From: Eledone cirrhosa
Taxonomy: Eukaryota
Length of the DNA stretch: 64,000 nt
Reading direction: 5' to 3'
Assembly (NCBI GenBank): GCA_964016885.1
Contig: OZ024744.1
Coordinates: 81,468,001 to 81,532,000, forward strand
Shown: one piece after another, positions 39,569 through 53,244 of the stretch
How positions within the stretch are numbered: position 1 is the stretch's first letter
Layout: each line of letters opens with the position of its first letter
The notes under the pieces: generated by a model
What the model was told of the DNA's origin: nothing
Seen by the model: only the letters and a program-made list of their open reading frames with translations
The model's database searches: none
Made by a program: the position numbers and the translations under genes

Positions 39569-39745
39569 GTTTTCCGAGATCCATCATTTTGTGAAACCAA
39601 ATGATGACCGAGCATTACAACTTATGAACCGAGCAGCCCAGTCTGTCATGGATGAGTACAAGGATATTGTCTTATCTTATGGACAGAGTGATGAATATAG
39701 CTTTGTTTTCAAGAAAAACACGAAACTTTTCTGTAGGCGTGCCAG
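39569..39745 (+). CDS. THG1L: THG1L coding exon (177 nt)
   Basis: [47 protein letters not shown] contains the SDE motif (D76/E77 counted from the core Met). Junctions ctgtttag| and AG|gtaat are in phase with neighbouring exons. Confidence 0.97.
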
Positions 39746-40666
39746 GTAATGTCTATAACTATTTTAATTTGAACAAAATTTTTTTTTAACTATATCAATG
39801 TAGGTGATATGTTTTTGTTAGATTTTGGAAAATTACATATACATTATTATTATATATGCAAAAAAAGGGGCGGTGGATTGGCAGTATCAGTAGAGGGTCG
39901 GACGCCATGCTTTCCAGCAGAGTTACGTCCCTTTACGATCTGAGTTCAAATGCCGCCGAGGTTGACTTTGCCTTTCATCCTTACGGGGTCGATAAAATAA
40001 AGTACCAGTAATGCACTGGGTAATTTTGGGCTTGTGCCTAAAGTAGAAACAATTATTATATATGCAAATTATTATTTTCATATTGGAGGCACATGGCTTA
40101 GTGGTTAAAGCATTGGCCTTGCAATGGTTGTATAGGGGTGACGACAAAAAGCACACAGTACTCACTGTAAAGTAGTTGCTGTTAGGAAGGGCATCCAGCT
40201 GTAGAAACTAAACCCAAATCAGTTCTGTATGAGCAAGACATGGTCACCTGAAACTACTAGGACAACTCGCCTAACTTATGCTAGTGTGGAAAAATGAATG
40301 TAAACGGTGATGATGACGATATATATATATATATATATATGAAGACAAACATAGAATATTCGAAAATATTCTGTATGTTTATAATAAACATTTCGAAGAC
40401 CCAATCGCTATAGAATAGAATACGTCACGTATTACAATTTGAGATTCTCGATAAAAGCAAGGGAAGTAACCTACGCGTTTCATTCTTATTAGAAATCATC
40501 AGAATATTCTATGTTTGTCTTCACATATATATCGCTATTTCAGAGCATTATATCCAAATTCTAATTTCTGCCGGACCGGCAACCGCTCTTTCAAACCAGT
40601 TCCTGTACACAGCTAAGTATTCTATAAGTCTCTAGCTGTGTCATTCTCGATAAAAGCACTGGATAT

Positions 40667-40709
40667 GTAATCCTGATGATTTCTAATAAGAATGAAACGC
40701 GTAGGTTAC
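40667..40709 (+). ncRNA. Minimal type I hammerhead ribozyme motif (Penelope type)
   Basis: Stem I GTAATC/GGTTAC, CTGATGA, stem II TTCT-AATA-AGAA, GAAA, palindromic ACGCGT stem III and GUA cleavage triplet. Confidence 0.75.
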
Positions 40710-40866
40710 TTCCCTTGCTTTTATTGAGAATCTCAAATTGTAATACGTGACGTATTCTATTCTATAGCGATTGGGTCTTCGAAATGTTTATTATAAACAT
40801 ACAGAATATCTTCGAATATTCTATGTTTGTCTTCACATATATATCGCTATTTCAGAGCATTATATC

Positions 40867-41019
<153 letters not shown>

Positions 41020-41020
41020 A

Positions 41021-41365
41021 GGAGGCACATGGCTTAGTTGTTAGAGCATTGGGCTTGCAATCGAAAGGTTATGAGTTCAATTCTCAGACCGGGTGATGTG
41101 TTGTTTCCTTGAGCAAGACACTTTATTTCACATTGCTCCAGTTTATTCAGCTGTAGAAATGAGATGATAGGGACTGGGGTCCCTATCATTCCACTGCAAA
41201 GTGGTCGTGGAGGCGCCACAGAAAAAAAGCACCCAGCACTCACTGTAAATGAGGTTGGTGTTAGGAAGGGCATCCAGCTGTAGAAATCAAGCCAGAATCA
41301 GTTCCTGTCCCACACTTGCAAGCAGGGAAAAGTGGACGTAAAATGATGATGATGATGATGATGAT
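41021..41365 (+). mobile_element. tRNA-head Meta-domain SINE with RTE-derived tail (related copies 8908-9226 and 31972-32272 on minus; head-sharing elements at 2936 and 31198)
   Basis: TGGCTTAGT.GTT A box, GAGTTCAATT B box, CCTTGAGCAAGACACTT core and a tail matching the RTE 3' end with (GAT)n. Confidence 0.8.
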
Positions 41366-41554
41366 ATTGAGAAAACTGACAGCTTGAAAAATCAAACATT
41401 CAAAAGACCAAATATGTACTTTAGAAAAAAACCCACTTAATTCATCCTTGGGCTGATGCAGTAATTCGCCAGCTTCAGCATTCAGTAATTAGAAGGTAGG
41501 TATGCATAAAAGCCAAACTCGTTATCTTCAGTCGGTATTTGTGCCAACCCTTAC

Positions 41555-41980
41555 CTATGGACACGAATCTTGGGTAATGAAAGAATATGAATGCGAATAC
41601 AAGTGGCTGAAATGGGGTCCCTCTGAAGGGTCTTTGGAGTAACGTTATTCGATAAAGTGTGTAGCTCGGAGATCAGGGAGTCACTCCAGGTAGAGCCACT
41701 ACTTCTCCAAATTGAGAGATCGCATCTCCGATACTATGGACATGTGGTTAGAATGTCTCAGGAATAAATCACGGGTCAGATTTTACAGGTGAAACCAACC
41801 GGCAGGAGACCCAGGGGTAGACCCAGAGCAAGATGGTTGGATAATATCCATGAGCTTGACTTGGGGATCCAGCCAGATTAGTTGGAAATAGTTGCTTTTG
41901 ACAGAACCTACTGGAAGGAGTGTTTGAGAAGGACTCTGCCGCCACGACCCTTTCAGGAATAAGTGGGCGAAGAAGAAGAA
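41555..41980 (+). mobile_element. RTE-like LINE 3' fragment
   Basis: Reads IERSHLRYYGHVVRMSQE; same family as 46100-46480. Confidence 0.75.
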
Positions 41981-42835
41981 AACGAAAACAAAACATTCTT
42001 AAAAGATATATATTTATAATTTTAGAAGTAATATTTATTTGATAAACATAATTTACCTTGAAAAAATAAAATTCTTGAAATAGATTTATTTGTAGCATTA
42101 ACACCTTCGATATTTTTTTATCCACATTTAACTACATTTAAAAAAAATTAAAATAATAAAAAAGCATCCAGTCCATCTTATAAGGCGGTTCACATTAGGA
42201 AGGGCATCCAGCCATAGAAAACAAAGCTAAAAGCTGATCATATGGCCTATCTGACCTCATAATGTAATGATCTGTATGCAAGCATGGAAAATAGATATTG
42301 AAGGGTGGTGATGATGATGTTGGTAACATTTGTTAAATAAACACCACAAGAATATATTTCAACACATTGACGCATATTTGTATATGTGTGTGTATGTGTA
42401 TATGCATACATTTATATGTATGAGTATATAAATATAAACATGGTAACACAGACACACTTACAAAAATACACACTCACAGACATACATTCACACAAACACA
42501 CATACACATACATTCACACAAACATACACATACACATAAACTCACATACAGGGTAGCAAATGCAACGCCATCTGTTGTTTTGCTATAGTTTTTTCACAAT
42601 CCCTTTCATACATTCACACACATTGAGTAACGGACGGATGGAAGTCACTCAAATTTATATATAAATGTCTCTTAACAATTTGTCCATTTATTTTTTCTTA
42701 AAATGAATGTCTTTTAATAACATTTAAAAAATTAGATTTTTAGGAATAATGTTAAAACTGCCAAATGTTGTTCATGACAGCAGCATGTAAGCCGGATAAA
42801 AATACCCCCTAAGGACAGAAATCAGTGGCCAGTAG

Positions 42836-42866
<31 letters not shown>

Positions 42867-44680
42867 TTAACATCCATCTTTTACGCTAGCATGGGTTAGA
42901 CGGTATTTTCCCACTTGAGGCAAGATTGGTCAGGTGACCGTGTCTCACTCGTACAGAAGTGTCTCTGGCAGGATTTCTACGGCCCTTCCTAACACCAACT
43001 ACATTTACAGTGTGGACTGGGAGCCTTTTTACCGTGTCTCCTACACGACTACTTTACAGTGGGGACTGACTGAATGCTTTTTGTTGTGTCACCTACACGA
43101 CCACTTTACAGTGGATGGAAGTGGGAGGATGGAGTAGGGTGTGTGGGGTAGGGTGTATATTGGGTTAAGAGGTGCCTTCTGACTAGGTTTAAGTTTGTAT
43201 GTAAGGGAAGGCGTATAACTGCATAGTGCCAAAGACTTTGATCCAGTGACATTGTCTTAGAGAGGTGTAAGTGAGCAAGGTCAGTTTTTATCACCTCATC
43301 CCAGGTTTTTCTTGGTCTACCCACTCCGTAGCTTCCATCAATTTTGATCGCTCTGCTCTTTTTTATACAGCTGTTGTCCTTCTTACACATCACATGTCCA
43401 TACCTACGCAATCTCCTCTCCTGCACACAACATTTGATAGCTCTTATGCTTAGTCACTAAATAAAAAAGTAAAATTATGAGGTAGGTGACAGGAAGATGA
43501 AATGTAGAGATGATTGAGAGAGGAATGTATCTCAACTCTTATTGTAACCTGAATCTCCACTTGTCTACCGTTCTTTCTTTCTTCTTTACTACATGCCTCT
43601 CTTAATCATCTCTATATTTCATCTACATCTACCTGTCAACCACCTCACATCTTTCTGTGTCTCTTTAATGATCACTGGTCTCTGATTTCTCCTCCTTGGG
43701 GATATTTTTACATGCCTACTGCATTCGGCTGATATAATAGCTGTTCCCTGAGTTTGAGTTTTCAAATTATTTCTATAAATTAAAAAATTACACTCATGCT
43801 TCATCTCAATGATTTTCAAGGCAACCAATGTTTATTAATTTTTTTAAATTATTTTTTTTCTTGAAGTATCTATTAAATTATTCTAATTTGAGTGGATGTA
43901 TACATATGTAGTTCAATACAGCAGCTCTGCTTCTGTACTACTAACTTAGTTTGCTATCAGAGTGAATGGATATAAAATTAAGGTTAAGAGGTGAAAGGAT
44001 GTATACATACAGAAGAAACAGAAAACATGTTCCTACATTTGGTTTTATCATACAAAACTGATTAATTATGTTCCAGACTCCAACTGAATAAGAATTTTCA
44101 AATTCACAAGTTGTTGGTGTTCTCATTTTTTTGATATTTTTAAAATTTGGTCTTATGAATGTTTGGCATTGGTATTTTGGGTCTTATGCCCCCCCCCCCC
44201 CCCCCACTCTACAGAATAGTAAACTCCCATGAATTCTTAAGTTAAATGAAACAGTTCCTTTCTAAAAGTCATTACCACAGAATTATTGTATTTGCTGGCC
44301 TATTTGACATCCCTTCATATAAAATATCCTCTGGATTTAAAAGGACATTTAAAAAGAAGAAAAGAATTTTAGTACAATTCTTCATAAATTTATAAAAAAT
44401 TATTTTATTGTTTTTCAGAAACTCTTATATAAATTCAACATAATTTTGCTTATATAAATTGTTTTGTATTACTGTATTAGTAACATTAATAGAAATACAA
44501 TCTAAATTTTTTAACCATGATTGTCCTCATCCTCTAGCCTACCATTGGTGATATGGGCATATTGGATGCAGGGAAGAATTTTTTTGGAAAAAAAGTGCAT
44601 CCAATAGGCCGGCAAATATGGTAGTTGATTGTTTTTTGTTTTTCATTTTGTTTTTTACTTTTGTTTTCTTGTCTTTTTAG

Positions 44681-44850
44681 CAAGATTATGACCAATCTTG
44701 TGAGTCTATTCACATCGACATATGTGTTCTCATGGTCCCGGTACTTTAGCACTCAAGATCTTCAATACCCACCTTCTTTTGATGCCCGAACTGTATGTTA
44801 CCCATCTGACCAAAATTTGAGAGACTATCTCAGCTGGCGGCAGGCTGACT
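44681..44850 (+). CDS. THG1L: THG1L coding exon (170 nt)
   Basis: [19 protein letters not shown]...[28 protein letters not shown]; junctions ctttttag| and |gtaagt. Confidence 0.97.
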
Positions 44851-44914
44851 GTAAGTTGGAATTTCTTTGTCATATTGAGATTTGAATGTCTTGTATTTAT
44901 GGATCTGGTTATTA

Positions 44915-45213
44915 TATGTTCAACTGGTTGATCCCACTCCCTATTCTCCTGATTTGGTCCCATCTGACTATTATCTGTTCCTCAACATGCAAAAAGATTT
45001 CGCTGGGAACCAGTATCACAGTGATGATGTAATATCTGCTGTCAATGATTTTTTTTTACCAATAGGATGAAAGCTTCTTCACCAATGGGATCCAAGCACT
45101 GCAACATTAATGGAAGAAGTGTGTGGACTGCAAGGGGGACTATGTTGAAAAATAAACTTCATTTGCCCTGAGAGTATCTTGATCAACCTATGAAGTTTTC
45201 AGCCAAAACCTCA
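44915..45213 (+). mobile_element. mariner (DD34D) transposase 3' fragment with right TIR
   Basis: YSPDLVPSDYYLF motif, WKKCVDCKGDYVEK* end, and a TIR related to that of the MITE at 20592. Confidence 0.85.
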
Positions 45214-45868
45214 TATATAAGCTGCAAATTGGCTGAGTCATTAGGGTGTTGGATCAAATACCTTGGTATTTGTTGTGGTTCTGTGTGCTCTGAGTTAAAA
45301 TCTTACTGAAGTCAACTTTGCCTGTCACTCTTTTGACATCGATAAATAAAGTGCCAGTCCATGATCAGACACTCTCTTTTTCTGTATATGATCTGGTTCT
45401 ATGCATTCTGAGTTCAAATCCTGCCTTCTTCTGCCAGGAGTTGCAACTGGCATATAGTATCAACAATGGAAACAGTGTCTCCTTTTTCTGATCTGATGAT
45501 AAGCTTATTTCCATTTTATGCATAAAATACATCAATTTAAAGCATATTTTCACTCAAAATTTTGGAAATACTGGTTGGCTTTCTTAAATGCTAAAAAACA
45601 GAAATTGACACTGCATCATATTAAAAAAAAAAGTCTTTACTTTAGTTTACAGCGAATTTTCACAGCAATCTGTCTGGTAGTAAAGATACTGTGTACATTT
45701 GAATTAACAAATTGTCTTTAAATATTTTCTACTAAATCATTATGATCAAGACGCTAAGAGTTAATGTTATATGAAATATTAAAAAGAAAACAGCCCAGAA
45801 ATTTTAGGTACCTAAAATATGTTATATTTTTCATGTCTGACTATTTTTAAAAAAAAAACTCTTTTTAG

Positions 45869-45957
45869 GTCATATTAATAATCTTTACAACACCTGTTTC
45901 TGGAAACTTGTCCAAGAAAAGAATCTCACACCTGCCGAGTCTCAAGCAAGATTAAAA
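45869..45957 (+). CDS. THG1L: THG1L coding exon (89 nt)
   Basis: CHINNLYNTCFWKLVQEKNLTPAESQARLK includes the eukaryotic Thg1 HINNLY motif; junctions ctttttag| and |gtaatt. Not in the ORF track. Confidence 0.96.
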
Positions 45958-46040
45958 GTAATTACATTTTTTTTTAATACTGGTATAACATCGATTTTCT
46001 GGAAAGGGAAAGTTTTTCCAACCTCATGTTTTTCTAGTGA

Positions 46041-46093
<53 letters not shown>

Positions 46094-46098
46094 GGGCA

Positions 46099-46480
46099 GT
46101 GGATTATTGGGTAATGACCAGAATACGATCACGAATACAAGCAGTCAAAATGGGATTCCCCTGCAGGGTCTTTGGAGTAACGTTACTCGATAAAGTGCAT
46201 AACTCAGAGATCAGAGAGTTACGAATTGAGAGATCACAGCTCCGATACTATGGGCATGTGGTTAGAATGTCTCAGGAAAGAATCACTGGACAGATTTTAC
46301 GGGCAAAACCAACAGGTAGGAGACCTAGAAGTAGACCCCGAGCAAGATGGTTGGATAACATCCATGAGCTTGGGTGATCACGCTTGGAGACGGTTGCTTC
46401 TGCTAGGGCCCACTGGAAGGAGTGTTTCAGGATCCCCCCCTCCCACAACCCTCTCAGGAATAAGTAGGCCAAGAAGAACA
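46099..46480 (+). mobile_element. RTE-like LINE 3' fragment
   Basis: ORF with RIERSQLRYYGHVVRMSQERI..RRPRSRPRARWLDNI. Confidence 0.78.
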
Positions 46481-46775
46481 AGGGCAGTGGATTATCACAA
46501 TTGGTAGAACGTTGGACACAATGCTTCGCAGCATAGAGCTATCTCCCTTTATGTTCTGGGTTCAAACGCTGAGGTTAACTTTGCCTTTCATCCTTATGGG
46601 GTTATCAACCCTTTTTATACCAGCCTGGTCAAAATGGTTTCTGGTTTTATGAAACAAAACCATACATTCAGTTTAAAGAGTTCTTATAAAATATTCTAAC
46701 ATATTGTTATACTTTGGGAGGGTCATGCTGCCAAAAAATAACACATGCACCTGGATGAGCGTTTATTTGTTTATT

Positions 46776-46818
46776 GTCAAAGCTCTTTCGTCACACATTC
46801 TGTGACCTCCTCAGTGAC
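46776..46818 (-). ncRNA. Hammerhead-like motif
   Basis: Minus strand: GTCA-CTGAGGA-G-GTCACA-GAATG-TGTGAC-GAAA-GAGC-TT-TGAC; one extra G before stem II. Confidence 0.5.
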
Positions 46819-47454
46819 TAATTTGTTATTTTGTGTCTCCCCTTTGTTCTGAACTACACTATCTTGTTTTTATATAAAGACCATATGTTATGTTAACTCT
46901 TAACATATTTTACCACATGAAACCACATTAGCAAGACATTCTTGAAATATTCAAAACATACTATGACTGCATCACATAAAAAATTAAAGTCTTTGATTTA
47001 CAGCAAATATTCACAACAATCTGTCTATCCACTCATAAAGATACTATAAACATTTGAATTAACAAATCTGTTTTTAGGGGTTTTTTTCTGCTAAATCGTT
47101 ACAGGATGTTAAGAGTTAAATTAGATAAATGTTTTTTAAAGACCACAATTATCTCAGCCCACCCTCTCTATCTCTCTAAATTAAATATATTTTTATTTCT
47201 TAGATGACCTAACTACTATAAAGGTTGTAAATATTGATAGTGTAGAACAAGAGTGGAAAATTAATAATTTCAGTACATCACTCAAAATTCTTCATGACTG
47301 AATTAAAATAGAGCATATTATTTGGTGGATGTATTGGTAGAGCATCAGACAATATGCTTTGTGGCATAGAATTATCGCCTTTTATGTCCTGAGTTCAAAT
47401 CCCGCCGAAGTTAGCTTTGCCTTTCATCCTTACGGGGTCAATGAAATAAAGCTC

Positions 47455-48050
47455 AAGTTACGGAGTTTGTATATCTCTGTCACAAACTATCATCAAATAA
47501 CAATGGAATGGTTTCTGCGCAGTATCTCATCGCTCTAGGTTGGGCAGCTTTCAACAGGAACAAGGAACTACTAACATCAAAACGAGTTTCCTATCATTTG
47601 AAGGCTAAGATCTTCAATACTTACATCCTACCAATTGTGTTATATGGTCTTGACTTTGTTAATTGAACGACAAGGTCACTTCAGAAGCTCTCTACATCCC
47701 AGAACCACATCATGAGACTTATGACTGGCAAGCAGCTCAGCGACTATAACTGTATCAGTGAGCTGCTCAACATCACCAGGCTTAGACCAATCGCATCAGT
47801 TGTCAGGTCAAGAGTGCTTTAACTGTACAGTCATATCAAAAGATCAACTCGTGGTGTGAAAAAGTTCTGCCTGGAAGGAAAGTTGGCTGGTAAGAGAAAC
47901 AGAGGCTGGTAGCCAAAACGATGGCTTGAGAATGTCAACCAATGAACTGGACTTGACCTTTGCTCTTTGAACTCTACTGTTGGTGATCGAACTTTGTATA
48001 GAAAAATATCTCATGTTGATGCGCAGTCTGCAACTGGCAGGGTTTAGCGT
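47455..48050 (+). mobile_element. Degenerate LINE C-terminal fragment
   Basis: Frameshifted KAKIFNTYILPIVLYGL-like and GKLAGKRNRG-like motifs. Confidence 0.6.
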
Positions 48051-48194
48051 CTGGATATAATACACCAGGGTCCATTTAATCAACTTTTCCCCTCCTCCAA
48101 AATTGCTGCCCTTGTGCCTAAATCAGTAACCATTATTTCATTAGAAATATGATCACAAAATCGTTAAATCAATCATACTTACTATATTTTCCAG

Positions 48195-48302
48195 GGAACA
48201 CTTTCAAGTGATAAAAACGAGATGCTATTCACAGATTTTAATATAAATTACAACAACCTTCCCGATATATACAGAAAGGGTACCATTCTCATCCGGCAGA
48301 AG
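48195..48302 (+). CDS. THG1L: THG1L coding exon (108 nt)
   Basis: [36 protein letters not shown]; junctions ttttccag| and AAG|gtaata. Confidence 0.96.
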
Positions 48303-49562
48303 GTAATACCATTTTACTTACTATTCTTTTTTCCATTTTATATTTTATTTAATTATTTGTATTCCAGCCGAGTGGCTGAGGCCATGCTGGGGCACAGCCA
48401 CTAATTTGTGATCATATTTATTTATTTTTTGTGCACTAGATAAGTCACATCCACTGATTCAAGCTGCAAGAAGGAGGTCATTAAAATAAAGGTACTAGTG
48501 ATGGAGGCTTCTTCTACTCAACGAGGCCAGAGTTATCCTAAACCAGCAATTCCAAAGCATCGTTTTGGAGGCTGGAGTATATACTACATTGAGCCCCTTG
48601 TCCACGATACTCCTAAGTTAACATCTTCTTCCCCTATTCACTACACTCCTGTGTAGTGAACCTCTATCCTATTTGTAGTACCATGTTGAGTAAGTAACAA
48701 ACAAAGAGCATTTGATCCAGCAGCAGCAGTCAGTATTGAATCCCACCAGCATTATCTCTTTCTCATCCCTGTATCCCCTCCAACTACTACACTGTCAACC
48801 ATCATTCCTTCATCACACCCATTATCATTATCTCTCCACCCCTCTCTCTTATCCCTAATCCTCTTTCACTATACTTACCTCCCATCACAATGACATCAGA
48901 TTTATCCATATTGAATTCTGTCACCCACTGTGGCTAACAATTTCTCTTTATACATCATCATCATCATCATTGTCATTTTAATGTCCACTTTCCCCGCTAG
49001 CAAGGGTTGGATGGGTTTATGTAGATCAAGTCAGTACTGAAGTGGTGCTACTGATCTCCCTGACAGAGCAGGGATCTGTGTCTCACTTATGTATGATCTT
49101 ACGTTCCACCAAGTGCACAGGAGAGGTTATCATGTCTTTGACACAACTGAGGATCCTCCCAACCCTTTGTTCGCAAGATTTCTACAGCTGGATGCCCTTC
49201 CTATCACCAACCACTTTACAGCGTGTATTGAGTGCATTTATCATGTAGATCACCAACACTAGGGTGGCTTCCGTGTCCTTGACATGACTAAAGGGTCCTC
49301 TCGATCCTTTGTTTGGCAAGATTTCTATGGCTGGATGCTCTTTCTGCCATGAAACTCTTTGTTGACATTTAACTCTCCCACCATCACCCACAAGTTTTGT
49401 TAGCCATCACTTGCATCTATATTCAATACTATATATATAACCAACCTTCATTCTCATTTCTCCATGAAAGTCTTAGCTATCATCCATCTCTTGTACTCAC
49501 CATCACATTTCTCTATTGCTTTCTCTTGCAAGTTCTCTCCTGCCATTACACATTCCTACACT

Positions 49563-50117
49563 CAGGGGTATAACAAGGGGAAATAGCACCTATGGCAAAC
49601 ATTGAAATTGCACCACTGCCCATGTAGCAAGCTATATAATAGTTGTTAAACAACGGGATTGACAGTGCAGTTTAAATAAATGAGGGTTTAGGGTATTAAA
49701 TTGCATTTTTATTTGTTCTACAGGTATCCTTTATGCTTAAGTATACGTAAAGTATTGGCAAAAGTGTATTTAAAGGGAGTGATCTGTGTACTAATCTTTG
49801 ACAAATATTAAAACCCTATTAAAATATCTGACAAGTCATAGTAAGAGGTATACCTCTGTGATCATGTAGTTCCCAGCACTATATTTTTACCTATGGGCCT
49901 AATAATCTATATAAATGGTTTAATGATCCAGCCACCAATAGTGTTTCTCACCCATGATAATCAAAGAGATATCATACATCTGAAGAAGTTTCTTTTTTCA
50001 CTCTCTCACGATAGCTGATCTGACTTTAATAGAAAGTGCTCCTAGTCCAGCTAGCACCCCCTTTCAAGTGGTGCCTATGGCACATGCTATGCTTGCCATA
50101 CCCTATATATGCCTCTG
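49563..50117. mobile_element. hAT-type non-autonomous element
   Basis: CAGGGGTATA ... TATGCCTCTG termini with subterminal CCTATGGCA repeats. Confidence 0.5.
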
Positions 50118-51393
50118 AAAGGTAGATGCTTGAGCAAAGTTGAGTATATGTGTGCTGTGTTCGAGAATTGTGATGAAAGGGATCTTCAGCCATCGTCCTC
50201 ACAGCATGGACATAAGCTGTTCGTCAACATCATCATCGTTTTTACGTCCAGTTTTCCATGCAACATAAACAGAAGCAACATATTGCTTACAGGGGCATAA
50301 CTAAACATAAGATTGAGACAGAACTTTAATAAATCTTGTTCAACATTCATATCATATCTGACACCGTTGTCATTATTTTTACATCAAATTGTCTTTACTA
50401 CTATAGGTTGGATGAGACTTTTTAGGCAATGTTTTATAGCCAAATACCCTTCCTGATATCAACTCTTTTAGTAGCTTTTTACATCACATGGACATATAAG
50501 AAGAGGTAACTAGATGAAACCGCTGAGCTCGCGATAGATCTTCTACTTTCACTAATATATCCACCCTGCATCTTACCAATGTATCAAGTACTTCTTTGAT
50601 TTGTGGTTTTCCCGGTTCCAGTGCTGCTGACTATCAATAAAAAAAGGTACTTAATACATTGGTAGAGTATCAGCATCTTTATGAAACAGTTCTAGTTATG
50701 TAATAGTCATTTTGTGTTAGAAAATGTATGAATCCCAGATTAAAAAAAGACTCTAACAACAGTTAATTGCCATAAATAATAACTTAGAAAAGTTAGAAAA
50801 AATAGTTTTATGGACAGAAAAAATTGGTCAACAGCTGCTACTAAGAAGTGATCTATATAACCCTTGAATGCCAGATACATGCTCTAACCATGGAGCTAAG
50901 CATTTTGAGGTAAATACAACTTTTGGGGGCTTGCTGAATCCCAGGTCATGAAGATGTACAATATTTGATATTTTCCCTCTCTAAACAAATTGAAATAACA
51001 TAAACATTAGTTAAATAATACCGCATTGGTATGGACATGTGATGCGCATGGACAATGATTGTTAGGTGAAGAAGTGCCAAGAAATGTCTGTGGAAGGAAG
51101 CTGCAGTAGAGGTAGACCAAGAAAGACTTGAGCAGAGGTGGAGAGAGCTGACCTCAAAATCACTGAGACTCGCAGAAATGATGACAAAGGAACATGGCGA
51201 ATGGAGAGATGCTATGCCGAGAAGGACCCGTCCAACCCTTGCAAGCATAGGAAAAAAGCACATAAAAATGATGATGATGATGATTTATATATATATATAT
51301 AACAACATATATAGGAGCTGGACATATCGATGTACTGACTGAGTAAAACACACTTCAACAACATGTGTACCTGTCTCTACCACACCAATTCGA

Positions 51394-51448
51394 ACTGCCT
51401 GAAGAGGTCACAGCCAATGATGGCTGTCACCGAAATATATATAGCAGT
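51394..51448 (+). ncRNA. Type I hammerhead ribozyme motif
   Basis: Stem I ACTGC/GCAGT, CTGAAGA, stem II GGT.ACAGCCA-ATGA-TGGCTGT.ACC, GAAA and palindromic AT-rich stem III. Confidence 0.72.
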
Positions 51449-52053
51449 ATATCTATAATTTATAATAAACGAAGCCAAATTTTACATATTTGACGTAATT
51501 ATTTTATATATATATATATATATATGTGTGTATGTGTATATATATATAAAAACCTGGGACGAGCTGATAAACTCCGACCTCACACACTTACACCTCTCCA
51601 AGACAATGTCACAGGACCGAGACCTTTGGCGGTACTCAGTAATAGAGAAGACCCGCCTTACCTAAATACATAGTAAAACCTACTACAGTCAGTAGGCATC
51701 TCTAACAAAATACGCCCCTATCCCACCACCCCCACCCCATCCACACCGCCCCCTTCTATGTAAAGTTATGTTGGTGCCACAACATCCAGGCCGAAACAAA
51801 TGAGATCGTGTAGGTGTCACGACAAAAAAACACAGTCCACGCTGTAATGTGGCCGTGTAGGCAACATGGTAAAAACCTCCCAGACCCACACTGTAAATGT
51901 GGTTGGTGTTAGGAAGGGCATCCAACTGTAGAAAACCTGCCAGACAGTCCTATGCGAGCAAAACAATCACTCTTGCCTCAAGTGGGAAAACCCCCGTCCA
52001 AACCCATGCAAGCGTGGAACACGGACGTTAAACGTTGATGATGATGATGTATG

Positions 52054-52092
<39 letters not shown>

Positions 52093-52252
52093 AATTAGTA
52101 TATCTACCAACATATGTATACAGATGCATACCCATGTTAGCAAATATATATGTTTTGTCTTAGTAACTTTGTGGTTCTATGCAAGGGGATGCAGAACAAT
52201 TATATGAAAGACGTAAATAAGAAAGTTATGAAAATTGACTTACTAAAATTTC

Positions 52253-52333
52253 ACTCCAACTAATTAGTTTCTGTAAGGGGATAAATATGGTTACGGAGCG
52301 TATCCATAGAGAAGCCTTACGTCATCAGGGAGT
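52253..52333 (-). ncRNA. Hammerhead motif with long stem II insert, copy 1
   Basis: Minus strand: ACTCC-CTGATGA-CGTAAGG...CCTTACA-GAAA-CTAATTAG-TT-GGAGT. Confidence 0.62.
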
Positions 52334-52776
52334 CTATTCTCAGCTAAGCTTCCAGGCAATGCGAGGACACTGGGAACTTATATAAAAATAATTCAGTGGA
52401 TGGAAAAAAGCGAGCGGGGACTAGATTCAAGACACTGAAAAATTCACTGCCTACTTGGTCAAGTGGCAAATTCAAAAGAATCAATCACGTGACACTGAGG
52501 TTAATCAGTGAGGAGTGGGTTGCTATTAAGACAGTGCCTAGCCACTACTATTAATCATAGTAGTAATTTCGGCAAGTTTTGCTCAACAAATAATTTGGAG
52601 ATAATAATAAAGAATTAGTATATCTACCAACATATGTATACAAATGCATACCCATGTTAGCAAATATATATGTTTTGTCTTAGTAACTTTGTGGTTCTAT
52701 GCAAGGGGATGCAGAACAATTATATGAAAGACGTAAATAAGAAAGTTATGAAAATTGACTTACTTACTAAAATTTC

Positions 52777-52857
52777 ACTCCAACTAATTAGTTTCTGTAA
52801 GGGGATAAATATGGTTACGGAGCGTATCCATAGAGAAGCCTTACGTCATCAGGGAGT
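52777..52857 (-). ncRNA. Hammerhead motif with long stem II insert, copy 2
   Basis: Identical to 52253-52333, within a ~255-bp direct repeat. Confidence 0.62.
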
Positions 52858-52968
52858 CTATTCTCTATGGATACGCTCCGTAACCATATTTATCCCCTTA
52901 CAGAAACTAATTAGTTGGAGTGAAATTTTAGTAAGTAAGTCAATTTTCATAACTTTCTTATTTACGTC

Positions 52969-53010
<42 letters not shown>

Positions 53011-53019
53011 ATATGTGTG

Positions 53020-53068
<49 letters not shown>

Positions 53069-53244
53069 ATATGTGTGTATGTATATATATATATATATAT
53101 ATTGTTGTATTTATCATTTCGCTGTCTCTACGAAGTCATCTACTCCCTTCAAAATCCTAACATTTCGCCTTGTCTAATATAGGTACTCGTATCGGTTTAT
53201 TTTGCCATGAGATGCTATAGGCCATGATGGCTACCTACCTCACA

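Noticed and set aside
49723-49750. Candidate THG1L terminal exon after ttctacag
   Set aside because: Encodes only VSFMLKYT*, lacks the conserved C-terminal motif and lies inside a hAT-type element.
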